Origin: Bacilli bacterium
GTDB taxonomy: Bacteria > Bacillota_I > Bacilli_A > ML615J-28 > CAG-698
Direction: 5' to 3'
Assembly: GCA_050953065.1 (NCBI GenBank)
Contig: JBMNLZ010000003.1
Span: 32,001 to 96,000, forward strand
Length of the DNA: 64,000 nt
The notes under the pieces are model-generated. The model had not been told where the DNA came from and did not search any database. It saw only the letters and a program-made list of their open reading frames with translations. Below, one piece after another: positions 1 to 10,924 of the stretch. Numbering within the stretch: position 1 is the first letter of the stretch; every line of letters starts with the position of its first letter. Position numbers and translations under genes: made by a program.

Positions 1-2399
1 ATTTTATTAGGTACTACAATTATTTTTTTTACTGTTGTTCCTTCTAGTAGTGTTTTTATCTTTTCTCTTTCAAGAACAACTTTCTTAACAGTAGCTTCAT
101 CTGCTCCAACTTCAATATCGAATTTATCTCTAATCTTACCATTTACTTGAATAACTAAAGTTACTAAATCTTCAACCAACTTTTCTTCATCCCACTTAGG
201 CCATTTAGCATAAGCTAAAGATCTTGAACTTCCTAAAATTACTTCGTTTAACTCTTCAGTTATATGAGGCGCAACTGGATTTAAAAGAATTAAAAATCCT
301 TTTAAATATTCAAGTGGAATATTAGGGTTTTTATAACACTCGTTAATAAAAATCATCATTTGACTAATTGCTGTATTAAATTTTAAATTTTCATAATCAT
401 AAGTTACTTTTTTAACTGTTTGATGATAAACTTTTTCAAGATCTTTGTTTTCTTCAGTTACTACTGAAATTTCAGTATATAAACGATAGACTCTTTCTAA
501 AAACCTTCTTAATCCTTCAACACCTTTTGTAGACCAAGCTTTTGTTGCTTCAAGTGGTCCCATAAACATTTCATAAAGTCTTAACGTGTCAGCACCAAAT
601 TCATCAACTATATCATCAGGGTTAATAACATTACCTTTAGATTTTGACATTTTTTCATTGTCTTCCCCTAAAATCATTCCTTGATTAAATAATTTTTGGA
701 AAGGTTCTTTAGTTTTAACAATTCCACAATCATATAAAACTTTATGCCAGAATCTTGAATACAACAAATGAAGTACAGCGTGTTCAGTCCCACCAATATA
801 TAAATCAACCGGCAACCAATAATTAATCATTTTTTGAACTTCAGGACTAGAAAGATCTAAATAATTATCATCATGTTTTAATAAATAACCGATATAATAC
901 CAACAACTTCCGGCCCATTGAGGCATAGTGTTAGTCTCTCTTCTACCCTTTACTTTATCAGCACGTTCAACTTCTACCCAGTCTTTTGCGTTAACTAAAG
1001 GACTTTCACCAGTTTTACTTAAAGTAACCTTTTCTAAAACTGGTAATTCTAATGGTAATTTTTCTTTAGATAGTATTTCTACTGTGCCATCTTCCCAAAA
1101 AATCACTGGGAAAGGTTCACCCCAATATCTTTGGCGACTAAATATCCAATCGCGAAGTTTATAATTTACATCTGCATAACCTAATCCTTTATCGTTTAGA
1201 TATTTAATAACCATTTCATTTCCAGTTTTTTTATCTGTGCCATTAATAAAACCAGAGTTAATATGAATTCCATCGCCATCATAATAACCAAGGCTCATAT
1301 CACCTTCTAAAACTTGAATTATTTCTATTCCAAATTTTTTAGCAAACTCATAATCCCTTGAATCATGACCAGGCACTGCCATTATTGCACCAGTTCCATA
1401 AGAACTTAAAACATAATCTGCAATCCAAATTGGAATCTTTTTATGATTTATAGGATTAATAGCATATGCACCTAAAAAAACACCTGTTTTTTCTTTATTT
1501 AAATCGGTTCTATCTAAATCAGTTTTGGCTTTTGCAAAATCAATATATTTTAAAACTTCTTCTTTTTGTTCTTCTGATGCAATTTTTAAGACAAGTGGAT
1601 GCTCAGGTGAAAGTACACAATAAGTTGCTCCAAATAAAGTATCTGCTCTTGTTGTAAAAACTTCAAAATCATAATTAGTATTTGCTACTTTAAAAGTAAC
1701 CTTAGCACCTTCGCTTTTACCAATCCAATTTCTTTGCATATCTTTAACAGATTCAGGCCAATCAAGCCCCTCTAAATCTTCTAAAAGTCTTTCAGCATAT
1801 TCAGTTATTTTTAAAACCCACTGCTTCATAGGCTTTTTAATAACTGGATGTTGACCTCTTTCACTAACCATTTTGCCATCAACAATTAAAACTTCTTCGT
1901 TTGCTAAAACAGTTCCTAGGTTATGACACCAATTAACTTCAATATCTTTAATTTCTGCTAAACCTCTTTCATATAGTTTAGTAAAAATCCACTGAGTCCA
2001 TTTAAAGTATTTTGGATCACTTGTGTTAATTTCACGATCCCAATCATAAGAAAAACCTAAACTTTGAAGTTGAGTCTTAAAAATTTGAATGTTTTTATTT
2101 GTAAAATCTCTTGGATCTTTTCCTGTTTCCAAAGCATATTGTTCAGCTGGAAGCCCGAAAGCATCCCAGCCCATAGGGTGAAGCACATTAAAGCCATTCA
2201 TTCTCTTATATCTTGAAATAATATCAGTTGCAGTATACCCTTCCGGATGACCAACATGTAATCCTGCACCACTTGGGTATGGGAACATATCTAAAGCATA
2301 ATATTTAGGCATAGAAAAATCATCTTTTGTTTTAAAAGATTTATTATCTTTCCAATAATTTTGCCATTTTTTCTCTATTTTTAAATGATTATAACTCAA
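1..2399 (-). CDS. leuS: Leucine--tRNA ligase (3' end runs off the window; absent from ORF track)
   Basis: Manual translation from TTG at 2399 (SD AGAGGTG): [43 protein letters not shown]; window ends in frame at ...IIVVPNK. Confidence 0.97.
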   Translation of the reverse strand, partial: MSYNHLKIEKKWQNYWKDNKSFKTKDDFSMPKYYALDMFPYPSGAGLHVGHPEGYTATDIISRYKRMNGFNVLHPMGWDAFGLPAEQYALETGKDPRDFTNKNIQIFKTQLQSLGFSYDWDREINTSDPKYFKWTQWIFTKLYERGLAEIKDIEVNWCHNLGTVLANEEVLIVDGKMVSERGQHPVIKKPMKQWVLKITEYAERLLEDLEGLDWPESVKDMQRNWIGKSEGAKVTFKVANTNYDFEVFTTRADTLFGATYCVLSPEHPLVLKIASEEQKEEVLKYIDFAKAKTDLDRTDLNKEKTGVFLGAYAINPINHKKIPIWIADYVLSSYGTGAIMAVPGHDSRDYEFAKKFGIEIIQVLEGDMSLGYYDGDGIHINSGFINGTDKKTGNEMVIKYLNDKGLGYADVNYKLRDWIFSRQRYWGEPFPVIFWEDGTVEILSKEKLPLELPVLEKVTLSKTGESPLVNAKDWVEVERADKVKGRRETNTMPQWAGSCWYYIGYLLKHDDNYLDLSSPEVQKMINYWLPVDLYIGGTEHAVLHLLYSRFWHKVLYDCGIVKTKEPFQKLFNQGMILGEDNEKMSKSKGNVINPDDIVDEFGADTLRLYEMFMGPLEATKAWSTKGVEGLRRFLERVYRLYTEISVVTEENKDLEKVYHQTVKKVTYDYENLKFNTAISQMMIFINECYKNPNIPLEYLKGFLILLNPVAPHITEELNEVILGSSRSLAYAKWPKWDEEKLVEDLVTLVIQVNGKIRDKFDIEVGADEATVKKVVLEREKIKTLLEGTTVKKIIVVPNK

Positions 2400-2412
2400 T
2401 TAAATCACCTCT

Positions 2413-3255
2413 TTAAAGCATGTTCTTTTTAGAATTATTCATATATATGTTAATTAAATAATTATTCATTCTAATCACAAAAACAACTGTAATTAAAATT
2501 CCTAATATTCTGAAAAATACTAAATTAAATAAAACACCAATCGTTGTTAAAAAAACATAAGGAGCCATTGCATAAATTGTTAACTTCCAAATTTTAACAA
2601 GACCATATACTTCACTTATTTCAGGTCTTCCAAAAAGCGAAATTAAGAGTGAAAAAAGCAAAATCATAAACAAAGAATTAATTGCACTTTCAATTAAATT
2701 AATTGCTAAATTGTAAGGGCGAAACTTATTATATTCAAGTCTATAAATTTCAAAAATTTCTTCCCAAAATAGATTTTCTCCTTTTGTAGCTTCTGAAAAG
2801 TCAATATTTGCTAAACTAGGATATTCACTATACGACAATATTTCAATTTTAAATGGCAATCCATTTACATATAAATATACCTTATCAGGAGATAAAACTA
2901 AATAATCTGCATATTTTAAAGCATTTACATTAATATTAGTACTTTGACTAACTACAACTTTAAAAGTAGGTGATACCTCATATTCAAATGTATCATCAAG
3001 CCCAAATCGATGAACTAATCTACCATTTATAACTTTAAAAGGAATTGCTGGCTCTCCATTAAAACTCTTTACTATTGAAATTTTTTCAGTTGAAGTTAAA
3101 GCAGGTCCAAATCCTACGCTTAAAAATGTAGGAATAACTGCTATTATCAATAATATTAAAATATAGATAATTATCATATAAATTTTATCATTTATATAGT
3201 TAACAAGTTCTTTGGGAGAACTTAGTCCGCTATTTATTCTTTTTAAGATACCCAT
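2413..3255 (-). CDS. Membrane protein, DUF1189-like
   Basis: N-terminal TM, extracellular loop, about 3 C-terminal TMs; ATG at 3255 with GGAG SD. Confidence 0.6.
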   Translation of the reverse strand: MGILKRINSGLSSPKELVNYINDKIYMIIIYILILLIIAVIPTFLSVGFGPALTSTEKISIVKSFNGEPAIPFKVINGRLVHRFGLDDTFEYEVSPTFKVVVSQSTNINVNALKYADYLVLSPDKVYLYVNGLPFKIEILSYSEYPSLANIDFSEATKGENLFWEEIFEIYRLEYNKFRPYNLAINLIESAINSLFMILLFSLLISLFGRPEISEVYGLVKIWKLTIYAMAPYVFLTTIGVLFNLVFFRILGILITVVFVIRMNNYLINIYMNNSKKNML

Positions 3256-3324
3256 ATTTTTCTCCACAAAACATAATTATTTTACCACATTTTCATTTTT
3301 TATTCAACCATTATATTATCAAAA

Positions 3325-3344
3325 AACCCTTCTTTCGAAGGGTT
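3325..3344 (-). terminator. Rho-independent terminator
   Basis: aacccttc/gaagggtt 8-bp stem followed by short U-tract on the minus strand. Confidence 0.7.
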
Positions 3345-3353
3345 ATCTTTTTT

Positions 3354-4973
3354 TTAATTACTATGATCTATTATTAAATTACCATTACTATCAACATCAT
3401 AAACATCTATAATCATAGCATTTAGAACATTATTATCTAAAATTGAATAACAATATATTCTTACAGAACCTTTTGAATGTCCTGTAATAACACCATTGTT
3501 TACACTCGCAACTTCAGGAGTATCACTTCCCCAAACAACACCTTGATTTGCACCAACTGGGTCAGTAGTTATTGTCCATGTAACTGTTTGATTAACTCCA
3601 ACCTTATCTGGTCCATTAATCATAATTGATTCTGGAGTACTTCCAGTTGAAGGAGAAACTGTAATAGTTATTTGACCTTTAACATTTGTATTAAGAGTTG
3701 ATGTTGCAGTAATTACTACAGTCCCAACACCAACAGCTGATACTCTACCACTACTGTTTACAGTTGCAACACTTGTATTACTACTACTCCAAGTAACTGA
3801 TGTTGAAGCATTGCTCGGAGTGAAAGATATTGTTAAGTTTAATGATTGATACACATCCAAACTATTTGCACCACTTAAAGAAATTGATGTTGGTGCTATA
3901 GTATTACCACTTATTGATATATTATGTGTCTTTTTTACATTAGTATCTTGAGTTGATGTTGCAGTAATCACAACGGTTCCAGATTGTAAAGCTGTAACTA
4001 TACCATTACTATTAACTGTAGCAATCATACTATTACTACTAGACCAACTAACTCCTCCGCTTGAAACATCAGCAACCAAAGTGCTTTGGCCACCTACCAC
4101 CATAGTAGTAGGGCCTACTATTTTAATTGAAATTCCACTACCGCCAGCAGGTGTTACTGTAACAGTTATAACATCGAAAGGTTTTATTTCTTCTGTTGTA
4201 TTGTATGTTGCTGTAATATTTGCAACACCAGGCGAAACAGCTAATAATGCTCCTGTTGTTTGATTGACAGTAACAACACTTGGATTACTTGTGCTCCATT
4301 TAACTCCTCCAGTTGTTGAGGCTGGTACTAAAACAAATTGTAAATTTTGAGTTTCACCAACCGACATGCTTTCCGAACCAAATATCGTTACCGTAATTCC
4401 TCCATCAGATGTAGGAGTTGTAACAGAAATTTCTACTGTTGTAGATATACTTGAATCAATTTTAGAAATTGCTGTAACTGTAGTTTTTCCAAGTTTAACT
4501 CCAGTTACCAAACCAGTTTCAGAAACTGATGCTATACTAGGGTTACCAGTTATCCATTGAACAGCATTGCTTGCTCCAGTCGGAGTCGCTTGAATTGTAA
4601 GCTGTAAAGTTTTATTCATTTCTACACTTCTAGCATTTTTTATTGTAATACTTTCTAAAGTGTTAGAAATAACAATTATAGTAATGCTATCTTCTGCTTG
4701 AGAAAGTACATCTGTAGCTTTAATTATAACAGTTCCCGGAGCTATACCCAAAACTTGACCTTGTGCATTAACAGTTGCGATTTGAACATTCATTGATTCC
4801 CACGCAATATTTCTTTGACTGCTAACACCACTAATGCCTAAAGTTATTGTCCCACCTACTAATAGTCCCGAACTAGGTGCATTTGTTATATGTAGACTAG
4901 TTGCTTTTTTACCACAACCAGCTATACCAAACATAAGTGTAAGTATTAATACTAGTAGTATAGTTCTTTTCAT
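3354..4973 (-). CDS. Lipoprotein with about 6 Big_2 (bacterial Ig-like) domains, no catalytic domain
   Basis: Lipobox IAG-C; repeated W-x-S-S-N-x-S-V-A-T-V-x-x-x-G-x-V motif. Confidence 0.85.
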   Translation of the reverse strand: MKRTILLVLILTLMFGIAGCGKKATSLHITNAPSSGLLVGGTITLGISGVSSQRNIAWESMNVQIATVNAQGQVLGIAPGTVIIKATDVLSQAEDSITIIVISNTLESITIKNARSVEMNKTLQLTIQATPTGASNAVQWITGNPSIASVSETGLVTGVKLGKTTVTAISKIDSSISTTVEISVTTPTSDGGITVTIFGSESMSVGETQNLQFVLVPASTTGGVKWSTSNPSVVTVNQTTGALLAVSPGVANITATYNTTEEIKPFDVITVTVTPAGGSGISIKIVGPTTMVVGGQSTLVADVSSGGVSWSSSNSMIATVNSNGIVTALQSGTVVITATSTQDTNVKKTHNISISGNTIAPTSISLSGANSLDVYQSLNLTISFTPSNASTSVTWSSSNTSVATVNSSGRVSAVGVGTVVITATSTLNTNVKGQITITVSPSTGSTPESIMINGPDKVGVNQTVTWTITTDPVGANQGVVWGSDTPEVASVNNGVITGHSKGSVRIYCYSILDNNVLNAMIIDVYDVDSNGNLIIDHSN

Positions 4974-5081
4974 GTTATACTCCTTTATTTTTCATTACGC
5001 CTTTATTATAGCATAAATATATCTTTAAACCTAAAGTTTTTTATTTGGTTTTAAGTTGAATTTAATATTCAAGAAAATATA

Positions 5082-5104
5082 AAACTCTCTGCTTAAGAGA
5101 GTTT
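5082..5104 (-). terminator. Terminator after nusG
   Basis: aaactctct/agagagttt inverted repeat. Confidence 0.65.
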
Positions 5105-5110
5105 GTTGTT

Positions 5111-5659
5111 TTATATTTTTTCTATAGAATCAAATCCTACTTCTGTTGGCGTTAATCTACCAAAAACATCAATTAATATTTTAACCAACTCTTTGTCTTC
5201 ATCGATTTCTTCTACACGACCAATTTGATTTTGGAATGGTCCAGAATTAATCTTAACCTTATCACCAACATTAATATCAATTTTTCTTTCTTTAGTAACA
5301 CCACACAATTTTAAAATCGGATCAATTTCTTCTTGAGATAGTGGTACTGGTTTAGTTCCTTTACCCGATGAACCTAAAAACCCAGTGACCATCGGTGTGT
5401 TTCTAACCATAAACCAAGTATCATCTGTTACTATCATATCAATGAAAACATATCCTGGAAAAGGCTTAGTTACAACTTCTTTATACTCGCCGTTTTTCTT
5501 TTTTTCTAATTTTATTTCTTCTGGTACTAATACATTGAATATGTAATCTCCCATATTCATTGATTCAATTCTTCTTTCAATGTTAGTTTTTACTGCGTTC
5601 TCACATCCAGAATAAGATTGAACCACATACCAAGCTCTACCTATTTTAGAACTAATCAT
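5111..5659 (-). CDS. nusG: Transcription termination/antitermination factor NusG
   Basis: WYVVQSYSG, FPGYVF, VRNTPMVTGF, KOW motif, FGRLTP. Confidence 0.97.
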   Translation of the reverse strand: MISSKIGRAWYVVQSYSGCENAVKTNIERRIESMNMGDYIFNVLVPEEIKLEKKKNGEYKEVVTKPFPGYVFIDMIVTDDTWFMVRNTPMVTGFLGSSGKGTKPVPLSQEEIDPILKLCGVTKERKIDINVGDKVKINSGPFQNQIGRVEEIDEDKELVKILIDVFGRLTPTEVGFDSIEKI

Positions 5660-6117
5660 ACGGCAACACCCATCTTAGAAGCAATCAATTTAAATAATGC
5701 TACTAATTGAGTTAAACCTAAGTCAACAACTAAAAAGAAAAGTGACATAATTAAAGAAAACACAAAAACTGTTACACTGTTTTTAAGTAAAACCCCTTTG
5801 CTTGGCCATGAAATTCTCTTAATTTCACTAATTGAAGGCTTATAAAACGGCCAAACTGCTAATAATAGTGACACAGCACCTAAGATAATTAAAATCCAAG
5901 CAAATACTTTTGGATAGTCTCCAATTAAAAATACATCATCTTTAATTACTAAACCACTAGTACCAGTGTTTTCACCAACAATTATTAAAATTCCTAAAAC
6001 TATTGCTATTAAAGATAATAACAACAGAATTAATCCTTCATATTTATATTCTTTAGTAAGAATAGTTAAAATCTTATTTTCTTTATTTTCTTTTTTTTCT
6101 TTTTTTTCGGCAACCAT
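5656..6117 (-). CDS. secE: Preprotein translocase SecE (long form, 3 TM)
   Basis: EIKRISWPS motif followed by TM; lies between rpmG and nusG. Confidence 0.88.
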   Translation of the reverse strand: MVAEKKEKKENKENKILTILTKEYKYEGLILLLLSLIAIVLGILIIVGENTGTSGLVIKDDVFLIGDYPKVFAWILIILGAVSLLLAVWPFYKPSISEIKRISWPSKGVLLKNSVTVFVFSLIMSLFFLVVDLGLTQLVALFKLIASKMGVAV

Positions 6118-6133
6118 TTTTTTACCTCTCCTA

Positions 6134-6280
6134 TTACCTTGTCTCTTTATGCAATGTATGTTTATTGCATCGTTTACAAAATTTCTTTATTACCATTCTA
6201 TCAGGTAAATTCACTTTACGATCAACCGTATAATTGCGAGATAAGCACTCCTCACAAATTAAAATAATTTTTCGTTTCAT
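6134..6280 (-). CDS. rpmG: 50S ribosomal protein L33 (zinc-binding form)
   Basis: ILICEECLSRNY...KKFCKRCNKHTLHKETR; ATG at 6280 with AAGGTG SD. Confidence 0.95.
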   Translation of the reverse strand: MKRKIILICEECLSRNYTVDRKVNLPDRMVIKKFCKRCNKHTLHKETR

Positions 6281-6306
6281 AATATTCACCTTTAAGCACA
6301 CTGAAT

Positions 6307-6335
6307 ATTTTATCAAAATATGCGTTTTTTGTCAA
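6307..6335 (-). promoter_or_regulatory. Sigma-A promoter of rpmG-secE-nusG
   Basis: TTGACA-17 bp-TAAAAT with extended TG. Confidence 0.75.
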
Positions 6336-6347
6336 TGCTAAGATATT

Positions 6348-6875
6348 TTATTTTAAGCCTTTAAGTTTTGCTCTTACCCTAACTGTAGCATTATAAATAC
6401 TTTTCTTAGAGGCATTTGTTAATTCCATTATTTCTTTAGTTTTTTTAAACTCCAAAAACTTGTATTCATAAACTGCCTGCTCTAAATCGCTAAAATAAAT
6501 CTCATCTACATTTATAATTCTTTTATCTTCATTATAGAATTTAACCTCATCAGCTAGGTAATACAAATCCTCAACTAAACTCACATTATAAAAATATTCT
6601 TTTTCTTTCCTTAATATTTCCATAAATCGCCACTGTAGTAATTCATCAAAATATCTAGTAAAAGTTTTGTTGTATGTTTCATCAAACCTACGAATTGCTT
6701 TATCTAACACTAGTAGACCTTCCTGAAAGAAATCATCGACTAGTCTACTTTGTATTTTAAAAAGTTCAATTCTTTTTTTAATCAAATTAGTGTATTTATC
6801 GAACATAATATCCAATGCATGTTCATTGTTTTCGGCAATCAAATATAACAATTCATAATCGTTATATTTTTTCAA
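6348..6875 (-). CDS. SigH/ComX-like alternative sigma-70 factor
   Basis: Region 2 (DDFFQEG...AIRRFD...FTRY) and region 4 HTH (KKSIYNATVRVRAKL); occupies the sigH position between rlmB and rpmG. Confidence 0.8.
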   Translation of the reverse strand: MKKYNDYELLYLIAENNEHALDIMFDKYTNLIKKRIELFKIQSRLVDDFFQEGLLVLDKAIRRFDETYNKTFTRYFDELLQWRFMEILRKEKEYFYNVSLVEDLYYLADEVKFYNEDKRIINVDEIYFSDLEQAVYEYKFLEFKKTKEIMELTNASKKSIYNATVRVRAKLKGLK

Positions 6876-6877
6876 AC

Positions 6878-7591
6878 CTACCTCCTAATTATTTTTGATA
6901 TTTCACAAGCTAAAATCCCAAACGAAACTGAAGCATTCAATGATGTAGTTTTACCTACCAAAGGTATTTTAATTAAAAAATCACAATTTTTTAAAACAAG
7001 TGGAGATATTCCTTTTCCTTCAGAACCAATTACTAAAAGAATTTTTCCTTCGTATTTAACCGATTGGAAATCAACACTTTCCTCTTTGTTTTCAGCCGCA
7101 TAAATCCAAAAACCTTTTTCTTGCATTTTTTTAATTGTTTGATTTAAATTAACTACCTCTACTACTTTTATATATTCAATTGCTCCGGTAGAAACCTTAG
7201 CCACGGTGCTGTTTAATTTAACGCACCTGTTTTTACCGACAATTAAATGTTTAATTCCAAAAGCTTCACAGGTTCTTATGATAGCTCCGAAATTATGAGG
7301 ATCATTAATCTCATCTAACATTACCCAAACTTCATTATCATTTAAGTTTTTTAACTCATCATCTAAATTATAATATTTATAAGGAATAATTTCAGCAACT
7401 ATATTTTGATGATTAACGTTTTTATATTTTTTAAAAAATTCCTTATCAACATATTCAATTTTTACATCATTTTTTTTTGTAAGATTTAAGACCTCAAAAG
7501 CATTAAACTCTTTTGATAAAAAAACTTTTAATACTCTTTCAGCTTTTAAAGCTTCTATGACAGTATTTTTACCATATATTATTTCATTCAT
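6878..7591 (-). CDS. rlmB: 23S rRNA 2'-O-methyltransferase (TrmH/SpoU family)
   Basis: DPHNFGAIIRT, GSEGKG, IPLVGKTTSLNAS. Confidence 0.92.
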   Translation of the reverse strand: MNEIIYGKNTVIEALKAERVLKVFLSKEFNAFEVLNLTKKNDVKIEYVDKEFFKKYKNVNHQNIVAEIIPYKYYNLDDELKNLNDNEVWVMLDEINDPHNFGAIIRTCEAFGIKHLIVGKNRCVKLNSTVAKVSTGAIEYIKVVEVVNLNQTIKKMQEKGFWIYAAENKEESVDFQSVKYEGKILLVIGSEGKGISPLVLKNCDFLIKIPLVGKTTSLNASVSFGILACEISKIIRR

Positions 7592-7970
7592 CATTTTCCT
7601 CAATAACCAAAATGGCTTTTTTAAGTAAATACTCCAATCTATCAGTATCTTCTTTTAAATATAAATATCCAATTACAGCTTCAAACCCTGAACTATTTAA
7701 ATATTCAGTTTGATCAACGTTCTTTCTATAACTTTGATATTTAAAATTTCTTCCTCTTTTAAAAATATTTTGTTCTTCTTCTGTTAATTCAGCACTAATA
7801 TTTTTTACTATTTTATCATGGCCTTTTGCACTAAGATACTTTACACATAAATTATGTAGTTTTTTAGAATTGGTAATATCACTTTTTATTAAATATTCTC
7901 TAATATAAAGATTTATATAAGCATCTCCAATAAAAGCTAAGTTAGCACCATTTAACAAATCTATTTTCAT
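7584..7970 (-). CDS. mrnC: Mini-ribonuclease III
   Basis: LAFIGDA, KRGRN, GFEAVIGYLYL; directly downstream of cysS. Confidence 0.9.
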   Translation of the reverse strand: MKIDLLNGANLAFIGDAYINLYIREYLIKSDITNSKKLHNLCVKYLSAKGHDKIVKNISAELTEEEQNIFKRGRNFKYQSYRKNVDQTEYLNSSGFEAVIGYLYLKEDTDRLEYLLKKAILVIEENDE

Positions 7971-9313
7971 GTAAGAATTCCTAAATCCACTAACCTTTTT
8001 CTATATTCATCTGCTTTTATAAAATCTTTATTAGTTCTTGCTTCTTCCCAAAGTTTATAAAGATTTTTCTCTTCTTCACTCAAACTAGATAAATCAATAT
8101 TAATCCCCAAAACCCAAAGAAATTCTTTAAAAAGCGTTAAAACTTGCTTTAAATAAGTTGCTTCATTTTTACTTCTTAATATATTGTTAGTAAGTTTTGC
8201 TACTTTAAAAATTGTTGTTATAGCATTAGCAGTATTAAAATCATTGCTCATTGCTTCGATAAACTCATTTTTCAAACTAATAAGTTCGGCATCTTTTATT
8301 TCTACATCTTCTATATTAGAAGATATTTCTATAGTTCTATAAAGTGAAGTATATGCTCTTTTAATTTTCTCATAATCATTAGTATATTGAGTTAACAATT
8401 CATCCTTATAAGCAAGTGTTTGGCGATAAGGCGTATTTAAAATAAGCAATCTATAAGCACCACACCCAATCTTATCAAGTAAATCATTTGCCCAAATAAC
8501 ATTTCCTAAAGACTTACTCATTTTTTCTTTACCAAAATCTATTCTTCCATTATGCATCCAATAATTAGCAATCATATGATTATTAGCAGAAAGAGATTGG
8601 GCGATTTCATTTTCATGATGAGGAAACTTCAAATCAGAGCCTCCACCATGAATATCAATCTTTCCTTTGAATATATCATCAACCATAACTACACACTCAG
8701 TATGCCAGCCAGGTCTTCCCTTTCCCCAAGGTGAATCCCAATTTAAGCCTTCTTTAGTTTCTTTCCATAAAACAAAATCAATTGGGTTTCTTTTTTTATC
8801 ATTTATTTCTAAACGTTCGCCAGAAATTAAACTCTCTATATCTTGATTACTTAAAACGCCATATTCTTTTACACTAGAAACATCAAAATAAACATCATTA
8901 TCAATTACATAAGCTGCATTAAGATCTACTAACTTTTTAATAAATTCAATTATTTGAGGAATTTTTTGAGTAACTCTAGGATTATAATCATACGGCAAAC
9001 AAGTTAGGCAGGCATTAGTACACAAAATTTCTTTAATATACTTTTCAGCTATTGCTTGTTCAGTCGTATTTTCAAGATTAGCTTTTTTTATAATCTTATC
9101 ATCAATATCAGTAAAATTTGAAGCATATGTAACTTTATATCCAAGATATGTAAAAAACCTTTTTACACAATCAAAAAAAATTACAGGTCTAGAATTGCCT
9201 ATATGCATGTTATCATAAACAGTTGCACCACAAACATACATACTAACTTCATTTTCTTTTAGTGGAACAAACTCTTCAATTTTATTTGAAAGCGAATTAT
9301 ATAATCTAATCAT
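7967..9313 (-). CDS. cysS: Cysteine--tRNA ligase
   Basis: YVCGATVY, HIGN, GRPGWHTEC, HGGGSDLKFPHHENE, KMSKS. Confidence 0.98.
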   Translation of the reverse strand: MIRLYNSLSNKIEEFVPLKENEVSMYVCGATVYDNMHIGNSRPVIFFDCVKRFFTYLGYKVTYASNFTDIDDKIIKKANLENTTEQAIAEKYIKEILCTNACLTCLPYDYNPRVTQKIPQIIEFIKKLVDLNAAYVIDNDVYFDVSSVKEYGVLSNQDIESLISGERLEINDKKRNPIDFVLWKETKEGLNWDSPWGKGRPGWHTECVVMVDDIFKGKIDIHGGGSDLKFPHHENEIAQSLSANNHMIANYWMHNGRIDFGKEKMSKSLGNVIWANDLLDKIGCGAYRLLILNTPYRQTLAYKDELLTQYTNDYEKIKRAYTSLYRTIEISSNIEDVEIKDAELISLKNEFIEAMSNDFNTANAITTIFKVAKLTNNILRSKNEATYLKQVLTLFKEFLWVLGINIDLSSLSEEEKNLYKLWEEARTNKDFIKADEYRKRLVDLGILT

Positions 9314-9357
9314 TTCTCTTACCTCTTTTAATATTATACTAAAATTATCTTAAATTT

Positions 9358-9386
9358 AAAAGTGTTTCTTTAAAAGAAACACTTTT
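9358..9386 (-). terminator. Terminator after the sensor kinase
   Basis: 13-bp perfect inverted repeat aaaagtgtttctt/aagaaacactttt. Confidence 0.65.
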
Positions 9387-9394
9387 AAATTTTA

Positions 9395-10924
9395 TTATTG
9401 AAGAATATCCTTAGGAAACCTCATTTTTAAAATAGTACCTTTTGGTTTATTATCTTCTACCCAAATTCTTCCTTGATGAGCTTCCACTATATTTTTCGCA
9501 ATCGATAAACCTAACCCATTTCCTCCTGTTTGTTGACTTCTTGCTTTATCTCCACGATAAAATCTTTCAAACATATTTTTCTTAACTTGCGGAGTAACGC
9601 CGATTCCTGTATCTTTAATCTCACAGAATATATCATCAATTGTTTCATAAGTAATTATACTAATAGAATCATTTTCATTTGTATACCTAATAGCATTATC
9701 TAATAAAATAATTAACAATTGTTCCATTTTTTGAGTATCTCCATAAAAAGCTATACTTTCACTTTGAACTTCAAACTTCTTTTCTTGAACTGCTGCAATC
9801 TCTTTAAACGGTTCAACAACTTGATTAATTAAATCATTGAAATCAAACTCAGTGAAATTTAATTGTAAAGTTTGATTATCAGTTTTCGCAATAGTTAAAA
9901 GTTCCGATGTAAGTTTGCTAAGCCTTGCAACCTCACTTAAAGCAATTGCTATATTTTCTGAAACATCATAAACCGTTTTATCTGATTGTGTTAATATGTT
10001 TTCTAATTTACTTCTAACAATTGCAAGTGGCATTCTTAATTCATGCGATGCATCACTAACAAACAATAGCTGTTTATCTAAAACCTCAGCAATCGGTTTG
10101 ATAGATTTTCTACTAAGTAAATAACTAGTAACAATACTCATAAACATAATTATAAGAATTGCAGTAAAGTAAATTTGAATTAAATGACTTCTTGCATTAA
10201 CTTCTCCATCAATATTAACCATTAATTGAGCATATTTTAAAGATGAAAAAGTAGGATGAGAGTTAGTTATGGGAATTGTATAAACTATAAAATCATAATT
10301 TTGATAATGTACAAACTCTTTTTTATTTAAAATTGTTAAATCAAGTTTAAAAGCATCATCTGAAAGTGAAGATTCAATAAATTCATTAAATGATTCTTCA
10401 TCTGGAAAAATTCCATAATTGCTCCAATGATATGGAGTTTGAAGTTCATTCAAGCTTGAATGAATTTCTTCACCACTACTTAATAATATTTGATTACTAA
10501 GTGGAACAATTTGTTCATTATTAGAATCATCAATTGCTTGATTTATATTGCTTTCATTATTAATGGCAACTGAAGTGTTCTCATTTATTAGATAATCTAT
10601 GATTCTCGCATCATAATATCTTTTATAAATAAAGTGTTCTCCAGTTGAACCAACTATTTCATACAAAAACACTAACAATCTTTCATCTTTAGTTTTTTCT
10701 GGAATAACATAACCATTAGTAGTCTGTCCAATATTTTCAGAAATAGTTTTTCCATAACTATCAAGATTTTTCTTAGTTTCTTGATAAAACAATTTATCAA
10801 CCGCAAGAACCATTGCGACTCCTAAAACAATAAATGTAAGTAAAAAGGCTAATAAATTATAGCCTATAAATATAAATTGTTTTTTTAATATCGCTTTATT
10901 AATTTTGTTCTTTTTCTTTTTCAC
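9395..10924 (-). CDS. Two-component sensor histidine kinase
   Basis: Two TMs around a ~200 aa extracellular domain; DASHELRMPL H-box, LLDNAIRY, DTGIG, GNGLGLSI. Confidence 0.95.
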   Translation of the reverse strand: MKKKKNKINKAILKKQFIFIGYNLLAFLLTFIVLGVAMVLAVDKLFYQETKKNLDSYGKTISENIGQTTNGYVIPEKTKDERLLVFLYEIVGSTGEHFIYKRYYDARIIDYLINENTSVAINNESNINQAIDDSNNEQIVPLSNQILLSSGEEIHSSLNELQTPYHWSNYGIFPDEESFNEFIESSLSDDAFKLDLTILNKKEFVHYQNYDFIVYTIPITNSHPTFSSLKYAQLMVNIDGEVNARSHLIQIYFTAILIIMFMSIVTSYLLSRKSIKPIAEVLDKQLLFVSDASHELRMPLAIVRSKLENILTQSDKTVYDVSENIAIALSEVARLSKLTSELLTIAKTDNQTLQLNFTEFDFNDLINQVVEPFKEIAAVQEKKFEVQSESIAFYGDTQKMEQLLIILLDNAIRYTNENDSISIITYETIDDIFCEIKDTGIGVTPQVKKNMFERFYRGDKARSQQTGGNGLGLSIAKNIVEAHQGRIWVEDNKPKGTILKMRFPKDILQ

